From contig CAZMPB010000001.1 of the NCBI GenBank assembly GCA_964567775.1, forward strand, positions 1 through 59,161: a stretch of 59,161 nt of DNA, read 5' to 3'. Below the pieces are notes generated by a model. That model ran no database searches. It saw only the letters and a program-made list of their open reading frames with translations, and was not told where the DNA came from. Shown one piece after another: positions 8,513 through 17,569 of this stretch. The position numbers were made by a program, and so were the translations under genes. This DNA comes from an uncultured Bacteroidales bacterium. GTDB taxonomy: Bacteria; Bacteroidota; Bacteroidia; Bacteroidales; CAIWKO01. Each line of letters opens with the position of its first letter. The first letter of the stretch is position 1.

Positions 8513-9568
8513 ATGGCTTTTTCAAAAACAAAAAATGTAAAAATTGCGGGAATATCGGCTTGTGTCCCAAAGAACATTGTCGAAAACTCGGCATATCCCT
8601 TGTTCGAAAATGATGAATACGACAAGTTTGTAGCAGCGGTTGGCATTGAAAGACGAAGGATCGTAGAAGCGGGAGTCTGTACCTCAGACCTGTGTTTTAA
8701 TGCAACAGAGCGCTTATTAAAAGACCTGAACTGGAACAAAGAAGAAATAGAATTATTGGTTTTTGTTTCACATACCGCCGACTATAAGCTGCCCGCCACA
8801 TCCTGCATCCTGCAGGACAGGCTCGGGCTGACAAATGAATGTATGACACTGGATATAACCCTTGGCTGCTCGGGATATGTCCATGGGATAAATGTGGCGA
8901 CCTCGCTGATGTCTTCGGGGGGATTAAAAAAAGGACTGCTTTTGGCCGGCAACACTCAGTCTTCGTATGCTTCTTTTGAAGATAAAAGCGCTTATCCCCT
9001 GTTTGCCGACGCGGGTACGGCAACTGCCCTTGAACTTGATGAAAATTCCGGAGAGATGTTCTTTCATTTCGGAACAGACGGCGCTGGTCATAAAGCCATC
9101 ATAGTCCCCGACGGGGGCTGCAGAAACCCTGTAAACGCAGATTCGTTCAAAATGGAAGATTTTGGAAACGGCATCAAGCGCTCACGCCTGCACGAAGGCC
9201 TCGATGGAATGGAAGTTTTTTCTTTCGGCATCACAAAAGCGCCACAATCGGTTAAAAAGCTTATCGAAAATTTTAATCTGGATATTGAAACTATTGATTA
9301 TTTTTTATTCCATCAGGCAAATTTGTTTATGGTTGAAAAAATCAGAAAAAAACTTAAAATATCAGAAGAAAAAGTGCCATACAACATCAAAGATTTTGGC
9401 AACACCAGTTGTGCCACTATCCCGCTGCTAATGGTTACCAACCTGAAAGAAAAACTGGAAGCGAATAAACTTAAATTACTTCTTTGCGGATTTGGCGTGG
9501 GATTGTCCTGGGGGAGCGCCTATGTTTCAACCGATAGATGTGTAGTTTCAGAGCTGGTGGAGATTTAG
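8513..9568 (+). CDS. 3-oxoacyl-ACP synthase III (FabH-like KAS III)
   Basis: Active-site Cys context ITLGCSGYVHG, His context FLFHQANLFM and Asn context FGNTSCATIP. Confidence 0.85.
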   Translation: MAFSKTKNVKIAGISACVPKNIVENSAYPLFENDEYDKFVAAVGIERRRIVEAGVCTSDLCFNATERLLKDLNWNKEEIELLVFVSHTADYKLPATSCILQDRLGLTNECMTLDITLGCSGYVHGINVATSLMSSGGLKKGLLLAGNTQSSYASFEDKSAYPLFADAGTATALELDENSGEMFFHFGTDGAGHKAIIVPDGGCRNPVNADSFKMEDFGNGIKRSRLHEGLDGMEVFSFGITKAPQSVKKLIENFNLDIETIDYFLFHQANLFMVEKIRKKLKISEEKVPYNIKDFGNTSCATIPLLMVTNLKEKLEANKLKLLLCGFGVGLSWGSAYVSTDRCVVSELVEI

Positions 9569-9643
9569 GATTTTGGAGAAGAGCGAAGGGCGAAGGGCGA
9601 AGGGCATGAAGCAGAAATTAAAAATATAATACATAAAATCAAA

Positions 9644-10021
9644 ATGATGAATACATTAAAAAATTTCAGATTTGAGAGTTTAACAATCTGGCAGGATAGT
9701 ATTATTATTGCTGACAAGATGTTTGACATCGCAGAGAAATTGACCAATGAAAGGTTATATGGATTTACTGAGCAATTACGAGGTGCTGCTCTTAGTATTT
9801 CAAATAATATCGCAGAAGGTAGCGGTTCATTTTCCGATAAGGATTTTGCTAATTATCTGGTCATTGCAAGAAAATCTATATTTGAATGCGCTAATATGCT
9901 GATAATATTTGAAAGAAGGAATCTTATCGATCACAAAACCCGGAGCGAGTTGTTCTCGGCTTTGCTGATTTTAAGTTCCCAGATAACAAACTTCAGAAAA
10001 ACACTTTTAAAAAATAAATAA
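9644..10021 (+). CDS. Four-helix-bundle protein (23S rRNA intervening-sequence protein family, TIGR02436-like)
   Basis: FRFESLTIWQDS...QLRGAALSISNNIAEGSG.FSDKDF..YL.IARKS..E is the family pattern as I recall it. ~125 aa. Flanked by purine-rich and pyrimidine-rich complementary tracts. Confidence 0.8.
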   Translation: MMNTLKNFRFESLTIWQDSIIIADKMFDIAEKLTNERLYGFTEQLRGAALSISNNIAEGSGSFSDKDFANYLVIARKSIFECANMLIIFERRNLIDHKTRSELFSALLILSSQITNFRKTLLKNK

Positions 10022-10091
10022 GCATGGCTACCTTCCCTTTGCCCCGTGCTCTCCGCCCTCTACCCTTTTACATATAAATAACTGATCTTTA

Positions 10092-11060
10092 ATGCCGAAA
10101 AGGAAAATAAAAAAGATACTTACAAGATCATACGAACTGCCAAATAACGTGTGTGCAGCCATCCCATTCCCTACGGTACAGGTACAGACCATCACTTATC
10201 AGCATGCGCCATACATCCGCGACTGTATTGAGGGAGTGCTAATGCAGAAAACCGATTTCCCTTTTGAGTACCTCATCGGCGAAGACTGCAGCACCGATGG
10301 AACCCGCGAAATAGTGTTTGAATACGCCAAAAAATACCCCGAAAAAATCAGGGTGATAACAGCCGATGAAAATTTCGGAATGATGGGAAACATACGCCGC
10401 TGCAGGATGGCTGCCAGGGGAAAATATATTGCTCTTTGTGAAGGCGACGACTATTGGACGGATCCGTACAAACTGCAAAAACACGTGGATTTTATGGAAA
10501 AGAACCCTGATGTTTCCATCACCTATCATGATGCCTGTAAGGTGGATGCCGATAAAAATATTATTGAGCAATCCATGCTGCCCGAAATCAGAAAAAAAAA
10601 TTTCAGCAGCGAAGAGTTGAAAACAGGGATATGGATCTTAACGTATACCATGTGTTTCAGAAATCTTATTGACAAATATCCCGAAAATTATTTCAGGGTG
10701 TATAACGGAGACACGTTTCTCACCTCGTTGCTTGGCAATTACGGCAGCGGAGCTTATCTGGGCCATATTTCGCCAAGCTGTTACCGGGTTAACGAATCAG
10801 GCGTCTTTTCAATGAAAACAGGCATTGAAAAAATGATCAAATCGCTTTCAACATCCGTTGAACTGATGAAATTTTATAAACAAAGAAATGACAAGGATTT
10901 TTATGAATATTTCATAAATAGAATCCAAAAGGCGCTCCTTGAAATACTTGAACAGGATCTGTCGCGCAAAAACAAAAATAAATTAGCCTTGAACATTATA
11001 AAAATATCAGCTAATCTGGGGCTTAAAAATTCAATGTATTATTTAAAAAAACTGTTATAA
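10092..11060 (+). CDS. Glycosyltransferase family 2
   Basis: QVQTITYQHAPYIRDCIEGVL..., IGEDCSTDGTREIV and CEGDDYWTD. Paralog of the 3715 gene. Confidence 0.8.
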   Translation: MPKRKIKKILTRSYELPNNVCAAIPFPTVQVQTITYQHAPYIRDCIEGVLMQKTDFPFEYLIGEDCSTDGTREIVFEYAKKYPEKIRVITADENFGMMGNIRRCRMAARGKYIALCEGDDYWTDPYKLQKHVDFMEKNPDVSITYHDACKVDADKNIIEQSMLPEIRKKNFSSEELKTGIWILTYTMCFRNLIDKYPENYFRVYNGDTFLTSLLGNYGSGAYLGHISPSCYRVNESGVFSMKTGIEKMIKSLSTSVELMKFYKQRNDKDFYEYFINRIQKALLEILEQDLSRKNKNKLALNIIKISANLGLKNSMYYLKKLL

Positions 11061-11065
11061 ACAGG

Positions 11066-11073
11066 TACTTTTG
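11066..11073 (+). promoter_or_regulatory. Candidate -7 box (TAnnTTTG)
   Basis: tacttttg lies 14 nt upstream of the ATG at 11087. Confidence 0.35.
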
Positions 11074-11086
11074 CACCATCACAGCT

Positions 11087-12019
11087 ATGCCGTATTTTTC
11101 AATTATAATACCGCTTTATAACAGGGAAAAAGTTTTGTCCCATGCCCTGGATTCATTAAAAAATCAGGCCTTTCAGGATTTTGAGGTCATCATAGTCGAC
11201 GATGCATCTACCGACAATTCATTGGAGGTTGCACTACGGTATGACATGCCCAATAAAAAAATACTAAAGAACGAGGTGAACAGCGAACGCTGTGTATCAA
11301 GAAACAGAGGCCTTGAGGCAGCAGAAGGAAAATACATTTGCTTTCTCGACAGCGACGATGTTTTTTTACCAGATCATTTGCAGACTTTTTATAACAATCT
11401 TATACAGTTAAGCCTGCCGAAAGCCATGCTTTTCACCAACAGCTACCTGAAACTGCCCGAAGGTGAAACAGAAAAAAAACCCGTCCCCGAATTAGGCCGG
11501 CAAAATGTTTTTGCATACCTCCTCAAATACACTCCGAATCCGGCACGGGTATGCATAGAAAAATCAATATTGGATGAATTAAAATTTGATGTGAACATCC
11601 CCGGATTAGAAGACCTGGATCTTTGGCTGCATATTGCCGCTAAGTATCCGGTTGTTCATATCCCTGAATATACGAATGTTTACTGTCTTTATGAAGATTC
11701 ATACACCCTGGGGGATGTAAAAAGATACGAAAAAGAGTTGTCATTTTTCCGCTATATTTTTAAAAAGCCCGCCTTGCGCAAACTGCTGCCCACAGCATCA
11801 AAAAACCGCCTCCTGAGTATGTGCCATTACCACCTGGCAGTAAAATCAGACCAAAATCACAGCATCTCAAAAATGTATACACATGCTTTCAGATCTTTCT
11901 TTTTGTATCCTAAAGGCTACAACGGAAAAACAAATAAGCCGCTCTTTGTGATGTGCTTGTACAATTTTCCTATATTTGGCAGACTGTTTAAAGCGGCAAA
12001 AAGAAAAATGAGCGCCTGA
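11087..12019 (+). CDS. Glycosyltransferase family 2
   Basis: YFSIIIPLYNREKVL, VIIVDDASTDNS and NRGLEAAEGKYICFLDSDD. Paralog of the 16679 gene. Confidence 0.85.
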   Translation: MPYFSIIIPLYNREKVLSHALDSLKNQAFQDFEVIIVDDASTDNSLEVALRYDMPNKKILKNEVNSERCVSRNRGLEAAEGKYICFLDSDDVFLPDHLQTFYNNLIQLSLPKAMLFTNSYLKLPEGETEKKPVPELGRQNVFAYLLKYTPNPARVCIEKSILDELKFDVNIPGLEDLDLWLHIAAKYPVVHIPEYTNVYCLYEDSYTLGDVKRYEKELSFFRYIFKKPALRKLLPTASKNRLLSMCHYHLAVKSDQNHSISKMYTHAFRSFFLYPKGYNGKTNKPLFVMCLYNFPIFGRLFKAAKRKMSA

Positions 12020-13083
12020 TGAAAAGTGCAATTGATATAAACTTCAAATTACCGGTTAATTTTCAGACGGAATGGGCTCATTTGTTCAAGCCGGACTATA
12101 AATACAAAACCGTAGATCTGAAAGTCAGGGAGCTGAAAAATGTTTTTGTAAATCATTACGGTCTGGTTATTAAACATGGGTTGCTGGTAAAAGGATGCGC
12201 CCCCAATCTGGGTTTTTCGGGATACGATAAAAGTGCGTATTATAAACATTGGCGGAAAGCAATCGAGCAAATGCTTGTCTGCAAATACGGCAAAAGCATA
12301 CCGTTCATAAAACTCAATGATAACAAAAAATACCTGCTCATACATTCCCCCTGGTTTAGTTATTATTTCTGGATCACCGAATGTCTTCCCCGTCTTTTGA
12401 TGGTAAAAGATCGGTTACCCGAACTAACACTACTCTACCCTGCCGGTTGGAAAAATTTTACTTTTATCAACGAGACGCTGGAGTTGTTTCCCGGACTCAA
12501 TAAAATCGAGATCCCTGCCGATCATCAATTATTTGTGAAAAACCTGATAATGCCCGAAGCGAAGCCATGGACCCCCATGTTTATTCCCGAACATGTTTAT
12601 AGTGTAAGGGCTCTGTTGCTGGATGAAGCTGAAAAAAGAGGAATGGCCTCACCTTACGGGGACAAGATCTACATCTCACGAAAAAACGCTGCACGAAAAC
12701 GATTTGAAGATGAGGCCGTGGCAGAAGAAACGCTGAAGCGATTTGGCTTTAATGCGGTCATCATGGAAGATCATACATTTTTTGAACAAATAGCGATCAT
12801 GAAAAAAGCCCGCTATGTTTTTGCCATCACCGGCGCCGGAACCATAAATGTATTATTTATGCAAAAAAACGGGCATCTTTTTGATGTTCCTCACAAGGAT
12901 TATATAACAAGATCTCAATATAAATTCCATTTTTTCAAGTTGTGTAATATTTTGAATATAGATTATTCTGCACTTTTTCACGACCGGGTGGACGATCCTG
13001 CTGTTGATCATTACAGTAAGCAGAATCTGATCTTTGATGCAAATGGTGTTTCCGAATATCTTTCTAAAATTATTGAAAAATGA
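12019..13083 (+). CDS. Glycosyltransferase family 61 / DUF563 protein
   Basis: KIYISRKNAARKRFEDE...FGF....ED.TFFEQIAIMKKARYVFAITGAGTINVLF matches the DUF563 C-terminal pattern. ATGA start/stop overlap with the upstream gene. Confidence 0.7.
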   Translation: MKSAIDINFKLPVNFQTEWAHLFKPDYKYKTVDLKVRELKNVFVNHYGLVIKHGLLVKGCAPNLGFSGYDKSAYYKHWRKAIEQMLVCKYGKSIPFIKLNDNKKYLLIHSPWFSYYFWITECLPRLLMVKDRLPELTLLYPAGWKNFTFINETLELFPGLNKIEIPADHQLFVKNLIMPEAKPWTPMFIPEHVYSVRALLLDEAEKRGMASPYGDKIYISRKNAARKRFEDEAVAEETLKRFGFNAVIMEDHTFFEQIAIMKKARYVFAITGAGTINVLFMQKNGHLFDVPHKDYITRSQYKFHFFKLCNILNIDYSALFHDRVDDPAVDHYSKQNLIFDANGVSEYLSKIIEK

Positions 13084-13718
13084 TAGAAATCACGAATAGA
13101 AAAATTTTGATTTTAGCGCCGCATACCGATGATGGCGAATTGGGTTGTGGCGGAAGCGTTGCCAAGCTGGTAGAAGACGGCAACCATGTTAAGTGTGTGG
13201 CCTATTCTATTGCGGAAGATTCCGTTCCGGAAGGTTTTGAGAAAAATGCGGTCGCTGATGAATTTATTCAGGCCATGAAAATTCTGGGCTTAAAACAGGA
13301 GGACATCATATACCATGCCTATAAGGTACGGCATTTCCCGGAATTCAGGCAGGAAATACTTCAGACATTGGTCGAATTAAATAAGTCTTTCAGCCCCGAT
13401 CTGGTATTTGTCCCTTCGCTTCACGACATTCATCAGGATCACCAGGTCATTGCCAATGAAGGATTAAGAGCATTTAAAAAAATATCGATACTCGGTTATG
13501 AAATGCCATGGAATAATATCATTTTTGAAACACGATGTTTCATTAAACTGGAAAAACATCATATTCAAAAAAAGATAGCGGCGCTTAATTGTTATAAAAC
13601 ACAAAAACATCGTTCCTATTTGAATGAAAATTTTATTTGGGGGCTGGCAACAACAAGGGGAACACAATTTGAAAATGAATATGCAGAAGCTTTTGAAGTG
13701 ATAAGATGGATAATTTGA
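13080..13718 (+). CDS. PIG-L/LmbE-family deacetylase
   Basis: ILILAPHTDDGELGCGG and the HQDH metal-site motifs. Confidence 0.85.
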   Translation: MIEITNRKILILAPHTDDGELGCGGSVAKLVEDGNHVKCVAYSIAEDSVPEGFEKNAVADEFIQAMKILGLKQEDIIYHAYKVRHFPEFRQEILQTLVELNKSFSPDLVFVPSLHDIHQDHQVIANEGLRAFKKISILGYEMPWNNIIFETRCFIKLEKHHIQKKIAALNCYKTQKHRSYLNENFIWGLATTRGTQFENEYAEAFEVIRWII

Positions 13719-14152
13719 TGAAAATAAATATCAAAATTTTAAAAAAGGATTTCCTTAAAGAAAACCTGGATTCTTTTATTCAAATAATCAGTGATACTGA
13801 AAATGAATATTGGAACGAATCAAATTTTCTGGCAGATTTGCCATTAAAATGGGAATCTAGTCTGTATGCGAAAATTGACAATAAAATTGCAGGATTTATT
13901 ATTGCCTCTGGAAAATCCGACGCATTTCATATTCATAAATTTTTCGTGCATCCCGATTATCGAAGCAAAAAAATAGGATTAGCATTGTTGGAAAAGTTTC
14001 AAAAGGAAATTTCGGAAATTCATTTATGCAGGGCCATTACGCTAAAAGTATATAAAAATAACGTGAAGGCGATACAATTTTATTTAAGGAACAATTTCAC
14101 GATCCAAGAAGAGACAGATGAATTATTATTGCTAAAAAAAGAATTATCGTGA
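13706..14152 (+). CDS. GNAT-family N-acetyltransferase (small, 148 aa)
   Basis: FFVHPDYRSKKIGLALLEKF is a GNAT motif A. Overlaps both neighbours, so it is probably translationally coupled. Confidence 0.75.
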   Translation: MDNLMKINIKILKKDFLKENLDSFIQIISDTENEYWNESNFLADLPLKWESSLYAKIDNKIAGFIIASGKSDAFHIHKFFVHPDYRSKKIGLALLEKFQKEISEIHLCRAITLKVYKNNVKAIQFYLRNNFTIQEETDELLLLKKELS

Positions 14153-14850
14153 TCGTAGGAATCCATCAGCCGAATTATATTCCATGGATAGGGTATTTTC
14201 ACAAAATCCTGGCTTCGGATTTATTTGTGTTAATAGACCAGGTTCAGTTTGTCAAGGGGCATGTGTGCAACAGAAACAAAATCCGTGATAAAAATGGCAG
14301 AGAGATCACACTGACGGTTCCTGTCCGGATGTCAAAAGGTGCATATCAAAGTTTTAATGAGATTGAGATCGACTATGATCAAAAATGGCAAAAAAGCCAT
14401 TTGAACCTGATTAAAAACGCATATCTGAAGGCAGATTTTTTCGAGGAATATTTTGAACTGTTTTCAGAAATAATAAATGTAAAATACAGCAATTTAGCCG
14501 AACTGAATATTAAGATCATCAAGTTCGTATGCGATGAATTGCAAATAAAAACCCCTCTAATAACAGCATCAGAAATTCCTGTGGATTTCGGCAGAAAGAA
14601 TGAGATGAACCTGGGTATTGTCAAACATTTCGGCGGCACGGTTTACCTGTCGGGTTGCGGCGGAGCCAGGCAATACAATGATGAAAGGCTGTTTGCAGAT
14701 AATGGTGTCAAAATAGAATATCAACAGTTTGTTCACCCGGTTTATAAGCAAATTGGCGAGGAGTTTATCCCCAACCTGTCCGTATTGGATCTGTTGTTTA
14801 ATTGTGGAAAAAACTCCGGATATTACCTGAATGCAAATACTTCTAAATGA
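14149..14850 (+). CDS. WbqC-family protein
   Basis: The N-terminal IHQPNYIPWIGYFHKI signature is typical of WbqC-like proteins. GTG start overlapping the upstream stop. Confidence 0.8.
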   Translation: MIVGIHQPNYIPWIGYFHKILASDLFVLIDQVQFVKGHVCNRNKIRDKNGREITLTVPVRMSKGAYQSFNEIEIDYDQKWQKSHLNLIKNAYLKADFFEEYFELFSEIINVKYSNLAELNIKIIKFVCDELQIKTPLITASEIPVDFGRKNEMNLGIVKHFGGTVYLSGCGGARQYNDERLFADNGVKIEYQQFVHPVYKQIGEEFIPNLSVLDLLFNCGKNSGYYLNANTSK

Positions 14851-14937
14851 TGGTAACAAGGACAGGTCTGTTTCTCCTAAGCAAAATATCGTTCTTCCGA
14901 TTAGATAATTATATGTACAATTAACCTGCTAAAGTGT

Positions 14938-16659
14938 ATGAATAAAGAAAAAATCCTGTTGTTTGTGGTTATCGCCTTCAGCTTGTTGCTTCGGATCAAC
15001 TTTGAAATAACATACCAGGATATGTATGTGGACAAGATGGTTCAGATTTCCGAAGCAAAAAATCTGATGATTGGCAACGGACTTTCAAATAGCGCGATTA
15101 ATTCCAATGATTTTACCAGTATTAGTTCAAATTATGTAAATAAATATGCCCCGGGTTATTCGCTATTTATTATTCCGTTTTATTTCATAGGCGGAGATTA
15201 TCATCTCGCCTCAATTATCATGGATGTGTTTTTTGTGGTATTATTGTATCTGGCGCTGATCCTGTTGCTAAATTGCCTGGACATACCCCCCAAAAAACAG
15301 ATTTTATTGTTTGTATTTCTCGGAATCTCATTTACTCCTTTTTACCATCTTTCATCGACCGACCTGATATCCATGACATTTTTTCAGTGGGCAATCTATT
15401 TTACAGTAAGGTATCTGAAAGATAAAGCCGGATATATCGGGATATCAGCACTGACCGGATTCTTGTTATATTTAACGGGGTTTATCAAATACAACTATTA
15501 TCCCTTGATGTTTTCTGTTCCTTTGGCCGCCTTTATTATAGGATATTTTAATAAAGAAAAACAGGTAAAATTATTTTCTGTTATCTGCGGTGTTGTTACG
15601 ATGGTTTTGTTGTTATTACAAAGCATTATTCTTAAAATGTTTGCCGGAAGCATGTTTATCATCGTTGATGAAACAGGAATTTTTTTAAGAAACTTGTTAC
15701 GCATGGATGTGTTCCCCTTTAAATCATTCTTTTTTTACGAAGGGCTCCTGACGAATCTCTTCGTATCACGCCCATACATGGAAACTATTTATATTTTGAT
15801 TGCCGCTGCTTTTTCACTTTTAGTCATCATAGAAACGATACGATTTATTTTAAAAAAGAACATCGGCAATGAGTCCACTCCAAAAAGTATGATTTTTGAA
15901 AATCAGCATTGCCCCGGTCCGCCAACTGGCGGAAGGCTGATTTTCTGCGACTTCCCTTTAGGGATTAAGGGCAAAAAGTCGCAGAATAAGGAAAACGGGG
16001 CTTTTCGGAGTGGACTCGACAATAAAACAATAAAAAACTATTTGATTTTAGGCTTAACCGCTTTGATTGTTAATGTTATGTTCCTGTCGTTTATGTCGCT
16101 TACACACAAAGCCCAGGCATGGCAAACACCACCATGGACATCGGTAGAAGAAACGAGGTATTATTCGCAATCGATGTTATTCATTGAAATCATTTTCCTG
16201 ACTTTTATATTGTTTGCACAGTATAAAACTAAATTTCAGAAAATAATTTATAAATCCATTGTATTGTTGGTTTTCGCATATGCAGGCCTCTATTGGCTTA
16301 ATAACGCATATACTATTTACGTAAAAAAGGACACCAGTTATACTTACCATGGAATGTACAAAGAAAATATCCAAATTACCGATGCTATTACAGCGAATAC
16401 CGAAAAAGATAAATTTACTGTTTTTTCATCTCCCGATCCGCAGATGAATCAATTTGTTTTTATTTTTACGGATGTTCAGGCAATAAACAATAATTATGCT
16501 GCCTTACTTAATGATACTGTAGTGAAAACCGATAAGCCTGTTACTTTATTCATCGCATCTCCGGGCAAAGAGAAAGACTTGAAAAATCTTAAAAAATATG
16601 TTCCTGTGAAAATTGCCGGATTTGAATCGTATGATTTATATAAAACTGAGATAAAATAA
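14938..16659 (+). CDS. Polytopic membrane protein, GT-C (PMT_2/ArnT-like) glycosyltransferase candidate, carrying an in-frame repeat-element insert
   Basis: Many hydrophobic helices. There are acidic residues after TM1 (EITYQDMYVDKM) and a YAPGYSLFIIPFYF motif. Residues encoded by 15871-16017 are a hydrophilic segment derived from a palindromic element. Confidence 0.6.
   Translation: MNKEKILLFVVIAFSLLLRINFEITYQDMYVDKMVQISEAKNLMIGNGLSNSAINSNDFTSISSNYVNKYAPGYSLFIIPFYFIGGDYHLASIIMDVFFVVLLYLALILLLNCLDIPPKKQILLFVFLGISFTPFYHLSSTDLISMTFFQWAIYFTVRYLKDKAGYIGISALTGFLLYLTGFIKYNYYPLMFSVPLAAFIIGYFNKEKQVKLFSVICGVVTMVLLLLQSIILKMFAGSMFIIVDETGIFLRNLLRMDVFPFKSFFFYEGLLTNLFVSRPYMETIYILIAAAFSLLVIIETIRFILKKNIGNESTPKSMIFENQHCPGPPTGGRLIFCDFPLGIKGKKSQNKENGAFRSGLDNKTIKNYLILGLTALIVNVMFLSFMSLTHKAQAWQTPPWTSVEETRYYSQSMLFIEIIFLTFILFAQYKTKFQKIIYKSIVLLVFAYAGLYWLNNAYTIYVKKDTSYTYHGMYKENIQITDAITANTEKDKFTVFSSPDPQMNQFVFIFTDVQAINNNYAALLNDTVVKTDKPVTLFIASPGKEKDLKNLKKYVPVKIAGFESYDLYKTEIK
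15871..16017. mobile_element. 147-bp MITE-like palindromic element with 17-nt terminal inverted repeats, inside a CDS and in frame
   Basis: TIRs are gagtccactccaaaaag (15871-15887) and cttttcggagtggactc (16001-16017), 16/17 complementary. Nested stems are gatttt/aaaatc, ccgcca/tggcgg, ctgcgactt/aagtcgcag and ccctt/aaggg. A second partial copy lies at 56743-56821. Confidence 0.7.
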
Positions 16660-16678
16660 TTCAAATTTGATAATACCT

Positions 16679-17569
16679 ATGCATCCGTATTTTTCAGTGA
16701 TCATTCCCACATACAACCGTGCCCACATACTTGGCAAAGCCTTGCTATCCGTGAAAGGGCAGGCTTATACCAACTGGGAATGCATCATCGTTGATGACGG
16801 GTCAACCGATAATACCAAGGAATTGGTGGCAAAATGGATATCCGAAGATAACAGGTTCAGATACCTCTGGCAGGAAAATGCCGAACGCAGCGCCGCCCGC
16901 AACAAGGGAATAAAAAATGCAAAAGGAAAATATGTCTGTTTCCTGGATAGTGATGATGAGTATCTTCCTTCCCACCTCAGTGTTTTATATGAAAAGATCC
17001 TTGCAGAATCTGAACCCGAAGCACTGTTCTTTACTCAGGCATTGATGTCGAAAAACGACGAGGTCGTAAAACAGGAAATATGCCGGATGGAAGGATCTTC
17101 ATTCGATTACCTGATGGAAAATCCAATCATCCCTGCACGGGTTTGCATACTTAGAGACATATTGTCCCGGATAAATTTCAGAGAAGATATCGTCATTGTC
17201 GAAGACCAGGTATTATGGGCGAATATCTCCATTTACCATCCTGTTTTTCAAATTCCGGAGCATACGGTTTTGTATCATGTAAGTAAAGAAAATTCAATAG
17301 ATATTTCAAAAAATTGTTTCCGGCCAAGGCTTGACGGCTTAAGAAAGTTTTTTGCACAAAAAGATGTCCGAAAGGTAATCACAAAAAAACTAAAAAGTAA
17401 AATAATAAGTGAATGCTATTTCGGAATAGCAAGGTATTACGGCCATAAAAGGCGCTGGTTTCCTTATGCCTGGAACTTACTTATTTCGATTTTTTATTCT
17501 CCTTTGCACCCTCAGACAAAAGCTAAAATTCACATGATTTTTTTCCCTGAAAAACATCGTCTATCATGA
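16679..17569 (+). CDS. Glycosyltransferase family 2
   Basis: YFSVIIPTYNRAHIL, CIIVDDGSTDNT and NKGIKNAKGKYVCFLDSDD. The ATG at 16679 is preferred over the TTG at 16667 in the ORF track. Confidence 0.85.
   Translation: MHPYFSVIIPTYNRAHILGKALLSVKGQAYTNWECIIVDDGSTDNTKELVAKWISEDNRFRYLWQENAERSAARNKGIKNAKGKYVCFLDSDDEYLPSHLSVLYEKILAESEPEALFFTQALMSKNDEVVKQEICRMEGSSFDYLMENPIIPARVCILRDILSRINFREDIVIVEDQVLWANISIYHPVFQIPEHTVLYHVSKENSIDISKNCFRPRLDGLRKFFAQKDVRKVITKKLKSKIISECYFGIARYYGHKRRWFPYAWNLLISIFYSPLHPQTKAKIHMIFFPEKHRLS

Noticed and set aside
9584-9604. Short tandem repeats (cgaaggg x3), and the U1-U3 units at 7787-8495, considered as a possible CRISPR array.
   Set aside because: Repeat lengths and spacing do not fit. 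There are no regular repeat-spacer units and no cas genes, and the units flank genes rather than spacers.
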